Shown here one piece after another: positions 28,468 to 37,523 of a stretch of 64,000 bases of DNA; position 1 is the stretch's first letter, and each line of letters begins with the position of its first letter. The translations under genes and the position numbers were made by a program. Source of the stretch: an uncultured Pelagibacteraceae bacterium (GTDB taxonomy: Bacteria; Pseudomonadota; Alphaproteobacteria; Pelagibacterales; AG-422-B15); the NCBI GenBank assembly GCA_902518955.1, contig CABYIR010000004.1, forward strand, positions 7,094 to 71,093. The letters are read 5' to 3'. Under the pieces are notes generated by a model. It was given only the letters and a program-made list of their open reading frames with translations, was not told the origin of the DNA and did not search any database.

Positions 28468-29496
28468 ATGAGATTTGAAAATATCATTTTAGATATACTT
28501 AGAGTACTTCCTAAATCGGTTCTTAAATTAATTGCCGGTCCACCATTAGTAATTGATGGAAATCAACTAGATCTAAATATTCAGGTTGCAGAAAAACTAT
28601 CTGAAAAAGAAATGAAAAAAACTCGTATTACCACTCATGATTATAGAGAAGCAGCAAAAAGATTTGACTTAACAGGTCTACCTCGAGTCAAGAAAATTAA
28701 AATTAGAGATATAGAGCTAAATGGCCCAGTTGAAACTCTCAAAGCTAGAATTTATTATCCTAAAATTATATCTAGCAATGATGGCGCGGTTCTTTTTTTT
28801 CACCAGGGAGGTCTAGTATTGTGGGATCACTTGACTGACGATTATTTTTGTTCACTTCTAGCAGATAAGTGTAATGCTAAAGTTATTTCACTTGATTACA
28901 GACTCTGTCCAGAAAACGAGTTTCCTGCACCAATTGAGGATTGCTTATTTCTTTGGGATTATGTGCAAGAAAATAGTTCTAAATTGGGAATAAATCCTAA
29001 CAAGGTTGCTCTTTCAGGTGATAGCGCCGGTGGAATGATATCAAGTACAATGAGCATTATATTAAGGAATCGAGGAGGAATACAGCCTATTGCTATGTGC
29101 ATCGCATATCCATGGGTTACATCAAGTTTTAACGATCAACCTTCGTTACAAAGTTGTGCAGATACATTTCCACTATCAAGAGAAACTGTAGAGTTTTTTA
29201 ATAAAAGTGTTTTTCCAGAAGGAAAAAACCTTGATCACCGGTGGGCAAATCCATTGTATGAAAATGATTTAACAAACTTGCCTCCAACAATAATTGCAAC
29301 AGCTGGCTTTGATCCAATAAGAGATCAAGGAAATAGTTTCGCAGAGAAATTAATTAATAATAAAAATGAAGTGAAACATCATTTCTTTTCAAACTTATCA
29401 CACAGTTTTTTAATACTAGGGCGTATAAGTAATGAGGCTAATAATGCATGTATTCAATTAGCAAACGAATTAGCTCAATATTTTGATCATAATTAG
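28468..29496 (+). CDS. Alpha/beta hydrolase, hormone-sensitive-lipase/Aes-type esterase
   Basis: 342 aa. Oxyanion block FFHQGG, nucleophile GDSAGG, and a DPIRD acid motif. Confidence 0.75.
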   Translation: MRFENIILDILRVLPKSVLKLIAGPPLVIDGNQLDLNIQVAEKLSEKEMKKTRITTHDYREAAKRFDLTGLPRVKKIKIRDIELNGPVETLKARIYYPKIISSNDGAVLFFHQGGLVLWDHLTDDYFCSLLADKCNAKVISLDYRLCPENEFPAPIEDCLFLWDYVQENSSKLGINPNKVALSGDSAGGMISSTMSIILRNRGGIQPIAMCIAYPWVTSSFNDQPSLQSCADTFPLSRETVEFFNKSVFPEGKNLDHRWANPLYENDLTNLPPTIIATAGFDPIRDQGNSFAEKLINNKNEVKHHFFSNLSHSFLILGRISNEANNACIQLANELAQYFDHN

Positions 29497-29561
29497 CTTA
29501 TCTTTCCAAGTAATTCTGATTTTATGATTGTATTTTTTGTCATGTAACAGCATAATTCTTT

Positions 29562-30881
29562 ATGGCTGAAAGTTTAGCTAAAATTGCTGCAAGAAAAAAA
29601 ATTAAATATTTTCTTATAAGTTTTGTAGACTTGTTTGGAGTACTAAGAGCAAAATTAGTACCTGCTCAAGCCATTGCTGAAATGCAAAAAAATGGCGCTG
29701 GATTCGCTGGCTTTGCAACTTACCTAGACATGTCGCCAGCTGACTCAGATATGCTTGCCATACCTGATCCAAAAAGCCTAATTCAATTACCATGGAAGCC
29801 TGAAGTTGGATGGCTTGCAAGTGATCTGTACATGGATGGTAAAATTGTTGATCAATGTCCTCGGGTAATTTTAAAAAAACAAATTGAAAAACTATCTGAT
29901 AAAAAAATGATTATGCAATCAGGTGTCGAGTGTGAGTTTTTTCTATTAAATGAGGAAGGTGACGAGGTTGGTGATAAATTCGATACTTCCGCTAAGCCAT
30001 GTTATGAACAAAATACTCTCATGCGTCGGTATGATGTGATAAAGGAAATTTGTGACTCAATGATTAAATTAGGATGGAAGCCTTATCAAAATGATCATGA
30101 AGATGCTAATGGTCAATTTGAGATGAATTGGCACTATTCAGATTGTCTCACCACTGCAGATCGACATGTTTTTTTTAAATTTATGGTAAAATCTATAGCT
30201 GAGAAATATGGCTTAAGAGCAACTTTTATGGCTAAGCCTTTTCCAAACTTAACAGGAAACGGATGCCATGCCCATATTTCACTATGGGATAAACAAAAGA
30301 AAAAAAATCTTTTTGAAGATGCTAATGATGAACTGGGCTTATCGAAACTAGGATATTCTTTTATAGGCGGAATGATGAAATCTGCTGATTGCTTTTCTGC
30401 AATATTTAATCCATCAATAAACAGCTATAATCGTATAGGGGCATCAAATACGTTGTCAGGAGCTACTTGGTCTCCTAGTACTGTGACTTATACTGGAAAC
30501 AATAGAACTCATATGATCCGTATACCTGATACAGGAAGATTTGAGGTTCGACATGCCGATGGATCTGCAAACCCTTATTTATTACAAGCTGGATTAATTG
30601 CTCTAGGTTTAGATGGAATAAATAATAATCGCAAACCAGGTAAAAGATTAGATATAAATATGTATACTCAGGTATATAAAGTTAAAAGAGTAAAAAAACT
30701 TCCAACAAATTTAAATGATGCGATTAAGTTATTTCATCAAAGTGAGGTTGCAAAAAAATCTTTTTCACCAAGTGTTGTATCAAAGTTTGTAAAGTTAAAA
30801 AAAAGAGAACTAAAAGAATTTTCTAGTCAATCAGAAGAGGATGCATATGATTGGCAGCGAAATAATGCAATAGATTGCTAA
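29562..30881 (+). CDS. Type III glutamine synthetase family protein (gamma-glutamylmethylamide synthetase GmaS-like / gamma-glutamyl-amine ligase)
   Basis: 439 aa. GS catalytic-domain blocks (ECEFFL, NGCHAHISLW, NSYNRI, RIPD..RFEVRHADGSANPYL). Lacks the adenylylation-loop context of GlnA type I. Confidence 0.7.
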   Translation: MAESLAKIAARKKIKYFLISFVDLFGVLRAKLVPAQAIAEMQKNGAGFAGFATYLDMSPADSDMLAIPDPKSLIQLPWKPEVGWLASDLYMDGKIVDQCPRVILKKQIEKLSDKKMIMQSGVECEFFLLNEEGDEVGDKFDTSAKPCYEQNTLMRRYDVIKEICDSMIKLGWKPYQNDHEDANGQFEMNWHYSDCLTTADRHVFFKFMVKSIAEKYGLRATFMAKPFPNLTGNGCHAHISLWDKQKKKNLFEDANDELGLSKLGYSFIGGMMKSADCFSAIFNPSINSYNRIGASNTLSGATWSPSTVTYTGNNRTHMIRIPDTGRFEVRHADGSANPYLLQAGLIALGLDGINNNRKPGKRLDINMYTQVYKVKRVKKLPTNLNDAIKLFHQSEVAKKSFSPSVVSKFVKLKKRELKEFSSQSEEDAYDWQRNNAIDC

Positions 30882-30938
30882 ATACAGGACAATCTATTGC
30901 TGTTGATGGCAATACTTTACGAGCTGATCAGTTTTTTA

Positions 30939-32117
30939 TTATAAATTTCCTTCAAATGAATTTAGGTAAAGTGTTTTCATATCATCTTCACTTAAATCAA
31001 TTGGATTAGTAGGTGTTGAGGGGTCAACAATTGCCATCTTGGACAATTTTTCAAAATCAAATTCAAGGTTAAGATCTTTTAGAGTATGAGGAATTGAAAG
31101 CTCATTTCTCAAATCTAAGATCCATTGTAGAAACCCATCAAATGTTTGGTTATCTAAATTAACATATTTAGAGAGGGAGACAATTCTTTCTTCTATTTGG
31201 GATTGATTGAATTTAATTACATACGGCATGAAAATTGCATTCGATAGTCCATGATGAACATCATTTACAGCATTGATTGGATGGCTTAATGAGTGAATCG
31301 CGCCCAATCCCTTTTGAAATGCAGTGGAACCCATTGTTGAACTAACCAACATTTTTGCTCTAGCTTCAATATCTTTTGGATTATTATAAGCGTTAATTAA
31401 ATTTTCCTTAATTATTTTAATACCCTCTAAAGCAATTCCATGTGCCATTGGATGAAAAACATTTGAACAATAGGCTTCAAGACAATGAGCTAAAGCATCC
31501 ATCCCAGTTGCTGCTGTTAAATGTTTTGGTAAAGAAACTGTTAGAGAAGGATCAAGAACGACTAAATCTGGCAGCATCGTTGGATGAAAAATAATTTTTT
31601 TTGTATACGTCCTCTCATCCACAATTAGAGATGCTCTTCCTGTTTCAGATCCAGTCCCTGCTGTGGTTGGAACAGCTATTACTCTCGGTAAATTTTCAGT
31701 GATAGCTCTTGTCCAATTATCTCCAACATCTTCGAAGTACCAAATATTTTCTTTTTGTTTAGACATAAATGCAATTGCTTTTCCTGCATCAAGCGAACTT
31801 CCTCCACCAATTGCAATTACACCATCATTTTCATTTTTAAGAAAAACTTCAACTCCATCATTAATATTTTGTCCAGTCGGGTTGCCTTTTATTTCCGAAA
31901 AAATGCTTAATTTGATTTCTGACTTGTTCAGGTTTTCAACAATAGTATTAAATTGTTCAATTTCTCTAAATTGAGGGTCAGTTACAATCAGAGGATTTTT
32001 AATTCCCAATTCATAAATAAACTCTGCAAGTTCATGAACTCTATCAATGCCAAATTTAATTGGTGTTGGATAATTCCAATTTATATTTTGAAAATTATTT
32101 TCCAATTTTAACCTCAT
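30939..32117 (-). CDS. Iron-containing alcohol dehydrogenase
   Basis: GGGSSLDAGKAIA NAD-binding block and His-rich metal site (ALAHCLEAY, HGLSNAI). Start moved to the ATG at 32117 (M26 of the track ORF). It still overlaps the upstream stop by 23 nt. Confidence 0.8.
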   Translation of the reverse strand: MRLKLENNFQNINWNYPTPIKFGIDRVHELAEFIYELGIKNPLIVTDPQFREIEQFNTIVENLNKSEIKLSIFSEIKGNPTGQNINDGVEVFLKNENDGVIAIGGGSSLDAGKAIAFMSKQKENIWYFEDVGDNWTRAITENLPRVIAVPTTAGTGSETGRASLIVDERTYTKKIIFHPTMLPDLVVLDPSLTVSLPKHLTAATGMDALAHCLEAYCSNVFHPMAHGIALEGIKIIKENLINAYNNPKDIEARAKMLVSSTMGSTAFQKGLGAIHSLSHPINAVNDVHHGLSNAIFMPYVIKFNQSQIEERIVSLSKYVNLDNQTFDGFLQWILDLRNELSIPHTLKDLNLEFDFEKLSKMAIVDPSTPTNPIDLSEDDMKTLYLNSFEGNL

Positions 32118-33048
32118 AGCCTTCTCTTCTTGGAGTATCATCAATAATCTCTGATGGGAAGTCATCAGCTCGCAAGTCTGTCTGACATGCATCTTCTAGT
32201 CTTTTAACTATCATCGAAGACCAAGCCCTATCTCCATATTTATCACGTCCTTTTTTAAAAATTTCAGTTATTAAAGGAGATATTTCTGTTGGAATACTCA
32301 TAGATGTAGCAAGGTCATCAAATAAACCAACGTCTTTACAAACTAGGTCCATAGTAAAATTTATATTATAACTTCCATTCATAATGACCTGGCTTTCAGT
32401 TTCATGAACAAATGAATTTCCTGAGCTAATCTTAATTCCTTCATAGGCTTTATGCATGTCTATTCCTGCTTTTTTACAAACCATTAAACCTTCTCCCAAA
32501 GCAGCAAGATGAGTTGAAGCTAAATAATTTGTAACAACTTTTAAAACTGATGCTTTTCCTAAATCTCCAACATGTAAAATTTGATAACCCATAGCTGAAA
32601 GAGCTGGAAAGGCTTTATCAAAAGCAATTCGTGAACCACCAACCAAAATCGCTATATTTCCAGTGGCAGCTCTATGACATCCTCCTGAAACAGGGGCTTC
32701 ACAACAATGAGTCCCTTTGTTCTCCATTAATTCCCCTAATCGTAACATCTCTTTACTGTCAGTTGTACTCATCTCAATCCAGACCTTTCCTTCAGAAGTT
32801 CCCTGCATTATACCATTGTCTCCTTCTACAACATTTGCTACTGCTTCAGGGCTAGGAAGACAAGTAATTGCTATATCAGATAAAGATGAAAGTTCTTTTG
32901 GAGAGTCAGTCCATACAGCGCCAGATTGAATTAGTTCTTCAGCGTTGCTTTTTTCAAGATCAAAAATATATAAATTATGTCCAGCTGATAATAAACTGTT
33001 GGCTAATTTAAAACCTACATTGCCTAGTCCTATAAATCCTATTTTCAT
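32095..33048 (-). CDS. NAD(P)-dependent 3-hydroxyisobutyrate/6-phosphogluconate dehydrogenase-family oxidoreductase
   Basis: 317 aa. MKIGFIGLGNVGFKLANSL Rossmann start and a downstream HIBADH-like core. Confidence 0.75.
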   Translation of the reverse strand: MKIGFIGLGNVGFKLANSLLSAGHNLYIFDLEKSNAEELIQSGAVWTDSPKELSSLSDIAITCLPSPEAVANVVEGDNGIMQGTSEGKVWIEMSTTDSKEMLRLGELMENKGTHCCEAPVSGGCHRAATGNIAILVGGSRIAFDKAFPALSAMGYQILHVGDLGKASVLKVVTNYLASTHLAALGEGLMVCKKAGIDMHKAYEGIKISSGNSFVHETESQVIMNGSYNINFTMDLVCKDVGLFDDLATSMSIPTEISPLITEIFKKGRDKYGDRAWSSMIVKRLEDACQTDLRADDFPSEIIDDTPRREGYEVKIGK

Positions 33049-33068
33049 ACAAATTAATCCTTTCAGTC

Positions 33069-33977
33069 TTATAAAGTTGGTGGTTCAGGTTTCTGTCTTG
33101 CTCCGATGGCATGAAATACAATTGAAAAAACTATAATTAAGCCACCTATTAATGTGTAAGCTGCTGGTACCTCGTTTACTCCAAACAAAGGTATCCAACA
33201 CCAAATTACTCCTCCCACAACTTCTGTTAGAGAAAGCAGCATAAACTCAGCGGCAGGTAGGTACTTTGATCCAATACTCAAAAGAATTAATCCAGATGCT
33301 ACAAATGATCCATGCAAAATACTAAGAAGAATATTTCTTGTAGGCATCGTAAGATTTTCTGAAAACATTAGTATCATTATGATTGAGAACATAGCGCAGG
33401 TTACACCTGATATCATAATAGTAGTAAATTTCGGCGTATCAGGTTGCCATCTTAACGTTACAGCGAAAGTTGCAAATGAAATTGAACAGAATAATCCAAA
33501 AAACCAGCCTAAGAAAGTTCCAGACTGCCAATCACTATAGGCCATAATAACCATGCCTCCAAGTGAGATTAAACTAGCAATTAAAGTAGCGGCTCTAATG
33601 TATTCTCTCAAAAATATATAAGCAAAGAGTCCTGCAAATAATGGTTGGGTTCCAATCATAAATAGTGTTGTTGCGGCTGATGTATATGTCATTCCAAAAA
33701 TAAAAAAAATGAAAGCAAACGCCAATGCAACTCCTCCAAGCAATCCAGTTATGCCAACTCTTTTGAAATTATGTCGAAATGCAAAACCTTCTTTATAAAG
33801 TAAAAAAATCAATAAAATTGTAGCTATAGTTAAGCCTCTACAGAATAAATAATGCCATTGATACATTTGGGCATCAACCATATGTCTTACAATTGGCGCA
33901 CCGAAACTCCAAATCAATCCAGCTGATAAAGCTAGTACAAATCCTAAAAAATATTTTTTATTATAATCGGAACTCAT
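33069..33977 (-). CDS. DMT superfamily (EamA-like) transporter
   Basis: About 10 TM with two EamA-like halves. ATG at 33977 (MSSDYNKKYFLGF) preferred over the hydrophobic extension in the track ORF. Confidence 0.7.
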   Translation of the reverse strand: MSSDYNKKYFLGFVLALSAGLIWSFGAPIVRHMVDAQMYQWHYLFCRGLTIATILLIFLLYKEGFAFRHNFKRVGITGLLGGVALAFAFIFFIFGMTYTSAATTLFMIGTQPLFAGLFAYIFLREYIRAATLIASLISLGGMVIMAYSDWQSGTFLGWFFGLFCSISFATFAVTLRWQPDTPKFTTIMISGVTCAMFSIIMILMFSENLTMPTRNILLSILHGSFVASGLILLSIGSKYLPAAEFMLLSLTEVVGGVIWCWIPLFGVNEVPAAYTLIGGLIIVFSIVFHAIGARQKPEPPTL

Positions 33978-34023
33978 ATGGCTTGAAAAAGAATATATAA
34001 AAAAATAACTTATTACACTATAA

Positions 34024-35157
34024 ATGATATACATGGATGACAGAGAAATCAGAGGATTTTGCCATAATAACTTTCAAAATGTTTCTAATACATTTTTAAA
34101 TAATCTAAATAGTGATGAGGAAATTGGCGCTTCATATACTGTCATTCAAAATGGTAAAATCCTAGTTGATATTTACGGGGGCTTTAAAGATAAGGATAAA
34201 ATCGACCCTTGGAACTCAGACACATTAGTTGGAGTCCATTCAACTGGTAAGGGTATTATCTCAATGATCGTTGCTCTTCTCATTGATCAAAAAAGACTTA
34301 GCCTTGATGAATATGTTTCTACTTACTGGCCTGAATTTAAAGGAGATGATAAAGAGAAAATACAAGTAAGAACTTTATTGTCTCATCAAGCTGGTATGTA
34401 CGCATGGAGAGAGAAAATTCATGAGGAAGATTTTCATAATTGGGGATATGTTGTGGAGCTTCTTGAAAAACAATGTCCATTTCATAAGCCAAATGAGCTT
34501 ATTTGTTATCATCCAAAAACAATTGGCTTTTTAGTAGGCGAGCTTATCAAAAGGATTACCAAACAATCGATTGGTGAATTCCTTAAAGAGCAAATATCAA
34601 TTCCATTAAACGTTGATTGCTTTATTGGAACTCCTGAGATTTATCATGACAATATAGCTACATTAATTAGCTCTCCAAGTTTAAGAAAGGCTTTTAGTGA
34701 TCCTAAGAATATTGATGAGTATACTTTAGTTTCATTCCTTAACCCTGGGAATAGAACAAAAACTGCAAATACAAAAGAATATCGCCTTGCAGAAATTCCT
34801 GCTCTTAATTGTCATAGTAATTCTAGGTCTTTAGCTCAAATTTATGACTTTTTTCTTAATAGCGACTTTATAAGCAAGAAAACATTAAACCAAGTTACCT
34901 CAGTTGAAGTCAAAGGAGATGATTATGTAATGAAAAGACCTATGCAATGGAGTCCTGTTGGTTTTAGTATTGGCGGAGGTAAGTTGTTTGGTAAAAGTAA
35001 TCTTTCGTTTGGACACACTGGATGGGGGGGTTCAATGGCATTTGCTGATCCTGAAAATAATCTAAGTATATCTTATACAATGAATATGCTTACAGGATCT
35101 ATGCTTGGTGATCAAAGAGCATTGAGTCTGGTTGAAGAGACTTATAAAAATTTATGA
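34024..35157 (+). CDS. Serine hydrolase, beta-lactamase/EstB-type esterase family
   Basis: 377 aa. S-x-x-K motif in VGVHSTGKGI. No signal peptide. An alternative ATG lies at 34033. Confidence 0.7.
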   Translation: MIYMDDREIRGFCHNNFQNVSNTFLNNLNSDEEIGASYTVIQNGKILVDIYGGFKDKDKIDPWNSDTLVGVHSTGKGIISMIVALLIDQKRLSLDEYVSTYWPEFKGDDKEKIQVRTLLSHQAGMYAWREKIHEEDFHNWGYVVELLEKQCPFHKPNELICYHPKTIGFLVGELIKRITKQSIGEFLKEQISIPLNVDCFIGTPEIYHDNIATLISSPSLRKAFSDPKNIDEYTLVSFLNPGNRTKTANTKEYRLAEIPALNCHSNSRSLAQIYDFFLNSDFISKKTLNQVTSVEVKGDDYVMKRPMQWSPVGFSIGGGKLFGKSNLSFGHTGWGGSMAFADPENNLSISYTMNMLTGSMLGDQRALSLVEETYKNL

Positions 35158-36479
35158 AACTTAGTTTAAAATCTAAATTTTTTTATGGTGGTGGTGATTT
35201 TGCTATCAACATCATGTGGCAGTTGACTGTCTTTTATTTGCTATTTTTCTATACAGATATTTTTGGACTATCTCCATCAAGTGCTGGCTTAGTATTTTTT
35301 ATTGCAAAAATTTGGGATGCAATAACTGATCCAATAATGGGCTATATTGCTGATAATACTTCTACAAGATGGGGTAAGTTTCGGCCATATATTTTATTTG
35401 GATCAGTGCCCGCTCTAATTATGATTGTCTTATGCTTTACATCACCTGATTTATCTCAATCAGGAAAATTTTACTGGGCTCTGTTTACGTATATTACCTT
35501 TACGACTTTATATACAGTAATTGCAATTCCGGTTGGTTCTTTAATTCCCGCGATGACTCAAGATCGGGATGAAAGAACTTCACTAGCATCTTTTCGATTC
35601 TTAGGTGCAAGTTCGGGGTCTATTGCTGTGGCGGTTTTAACATTGCCACTCGTAGGATTATTTAGTAGCCCACAATTTGGCTTTCCAGTTGTTGTTGCCA
35701 TGCTTGCTTTTTTTGGCGCAATTTTCGCATTCCTTTGTTTTTATAATACAAGGGAGATTTACTCTAAGCCTTACGAAAAAAGAATAGGTTTAAATCGGAT
35801 CATTAAAATGATTTTCACAAACTTTCCATTACATTTTGTCATATTAGCTCTTCTTACAACATGGGTAGCAAATAATACTAAACAACTGACAACTATTTAT
35901 TTTGTAAAATATAATTTAAATCTAGAAGCATATTTTAGTCCTATCTTACTTGGAGTAATTCTTCAAATTATGTTTGGAGCATATTTAGTTAATTTAATAA
36001 AACATCAATTTGAAAAGAAAACATTATTTATGATTGGCACCTTTCTTTATGTATCTACAGATCTTATCATTTATTTTATAACTGGTTATGAAAATTTTTG
36101 GCTATTTGCATTTATTGCCAGTTTTGGTTTTATTGGATTTGGAATGGCAGGTGTAATGGCCTGGTCTATGATAGCTGATACAATTGAATACGGAGAGTGG
36201 AAATCTGGATTTCGGGCAGAGGGATTACTTAATGCAGCACATGTATTTGTATTTAAATTAAGCGTAGGTGTTAGCGCTTGGCTTGCTGGTTTTATATTAG
36301 AAACTACAAATTATGTTGCAAATGCTCCATCACAGAGTCAATTAACTCTAGAAGGACTTACTATAATGGGTTTTATCTTTCCTGCTATAGCTGGAACAAT
36401 AGCTATAATCGTCACTTACTTTAATAAGTATGATAGCAATTTCTATGAAAAAATATTTAAAGAGCTTAAGCAAAGGTAA
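35154..36479 (+). CDS. Glycoside-pentoside-hexuronide (GPH):cation symporter, MelB-like MFS transporter
   Basis: 441 aa. FFYGGGDFAINIMWQLTVFYLLFFYTDIFGL and KIWDAITDPIMGYIAD are hallmark GPH N-terminal blocks. 4-nt overlap with the hydrolase gene. Confidence 0.8.
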   Translation: MKLSLKSKFFYGGGDFAINIMWQLTVFYLLFFYTDIFGLSPSSAGLVFFIAKIWDAITDPIMGYIADNTSTRWGKFRPYILFGSVPALIMIVLCFTSPDLSQSGKFYWALFTYITFTTLYTVIAIPVGSLIPAMTQDRDERTSLASFRFLGASSGSIAVAVLTLPLVGLFSSPQFGFPVVVAMLAFFGAIFAFLCFYNTREIYSKPYEKRIGLNRIIKMIFTNFPLHFVILALLTTWVANNTKQLTTIYFVKYNLNLEAYFSPILLGVILQIMFGAYLVNLIKHQFEKKTLFMIGTFLYVSTDLIIYFITGYENFWLFAFIASFGFIGFGMAGVMAWSMIADTIEYGEWKSGFRAEGLLNAAHVFVFKLSVGVSAWLAGFILETTNYVANAPSQSQLTLEGLTIMGFIFPAIAGTIAIIVTYFNKYDSNFYEKIFKELKQR

Positions 36480-36488
36480 TCTTTTTAT

Positions 36489-37523
36489 ATGAGTAACTTT
36501 TCTGATGGTGAAGCATTTGGTAGAGTAAATCTTATGGGTGAGCACCTTGATTATAATCAAGGATGTGTGATTCCTCTTCAAATCAATAAATCTGTTAATG
36601 TGCACGTAAAAAAAGATTCTACAATTGAAGGCATTAAAATTAGATCTGAAAACTTTGATCAAGAAATTTTTACATCTGTATCAAAAAAAAAATTGAATGA
36701 TTGGGCAGATTTCATAAAAGGATCATTATATTTGTTTGGTAAAAAATATAATCTAAACATTTGTCAGCTCTGTATTGAAGTCAAAAGTAATCTTCCAATT
36801 GGCATCGGGGTCTCTTCTTCGGCAGCTGTAACTGTTTCTACCTTAAGAGCATTGTACAGTCTTTATAATAAAGAGATAAAAAATAGTGAATTAGTTGAGC
36901 TAGCACATTCAGTTGAAAAAGATTTTGTTGGAGTTGCTGGAGGAGTCATGGATCAATTTGCCTCAATATATGGCTCACAAAATCAAGCTTTATTTCTTGA
37001 TACAAAGTCCAATAATTATGATCTTATTAAGCTATCTGAGGAGTATGTATTTTTGATAATTGACAGTGGAAAACAAAGGATACTTACTGATGGCAGCTTA
37101 AATCTAAAGAAAGAATACTGTAAAAAAATATCTAACAAATTGAATGTTGAGAACCTCTGTATATTAGATGAAGTAGATGATCATCATAGAAAAGTATTAA
37201 CTAATGAGGAGCTTGATTTAGCAAAACATGTTATTTATGAAAACCAACGATCTAAGTTAGGTAAGATAGCTCTTTTAGAAAATGATTTTAAAACATTTGG
37301 TACTCTGATGACACAAAGTCATAATTCTCTGAGAGATTTATATAGAGTTTCAACGAGTGAACTAGATTTATTAGTTGAACTATGTAATTCATTTGGCTCT
37401 CTAGGATCAAAGTTAACTGGTGCTGGATTTGGTGGAGCTATAGTAACCTTAATCAAAAAAGAATTGGTAGAAGATTTAAAAATGTTTATTGTAGAAAATT
37501 ATCCAAATGCTAAATTCTTATAA
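36489..37523 (+). CDS. galK: Galactokinase (GHMP kinase)
   Basis: 344 aa. Galactokinase signature GRVNLMGEHLDYNQG. GHMP ATP motif PIGIGVSSSAA. Confidence 0.8.
   Translation: MSNFSDGEAFGRVNLMGEHLDYNQGCVIPLQINKSVNVHVKKDSTIEGIKIRSENFDQEIFTSVSKKKLNDWADFIKGSLYLFGKKYNLNICQLCIEVKSNLPIGIGVSSSAAVTVSTLRALYSLYNKEIKNSELVELAHSVEKDFVGVAGGVMDQFASIYGSQNQALFLDTKSNNYDLIKLSEEYVFLIIDSGKQRILTDGSLNLKKEYCKKISNKLNVENLCILDEVDDHHRKVLTNEELDLAKHVIYENQRSKLGKIALLENDFKTFGTLMTQSHNSLRDLYRVSTSELDLLVELCNSFGSLGSKLTGAGFGGAIVTLIKKELVEDLKMFIVENYPNAKFL

Noticed and set aside
30882-30938. Terminator between the convergent GS-like and Fe-ADH genes (CTGATCAG followed by TTTTTT).
   Set aside because: The palindrome is only 8 nt with no loop, so it cannot form a meaningful hairpin.
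32118-32192. N-terminal extension of the Fe-ADH ORF (MHVRQTCELMTSHQRLLMILQEEKA). Also the hydrophobic extension of the EamA ORF at 33978-34034.
   Set aside because: The extensions overlap the end of the upstream gene or the start of the divergent gene, and they are not part of the conserved family N-termini. Internal ATGs give canonical starts.
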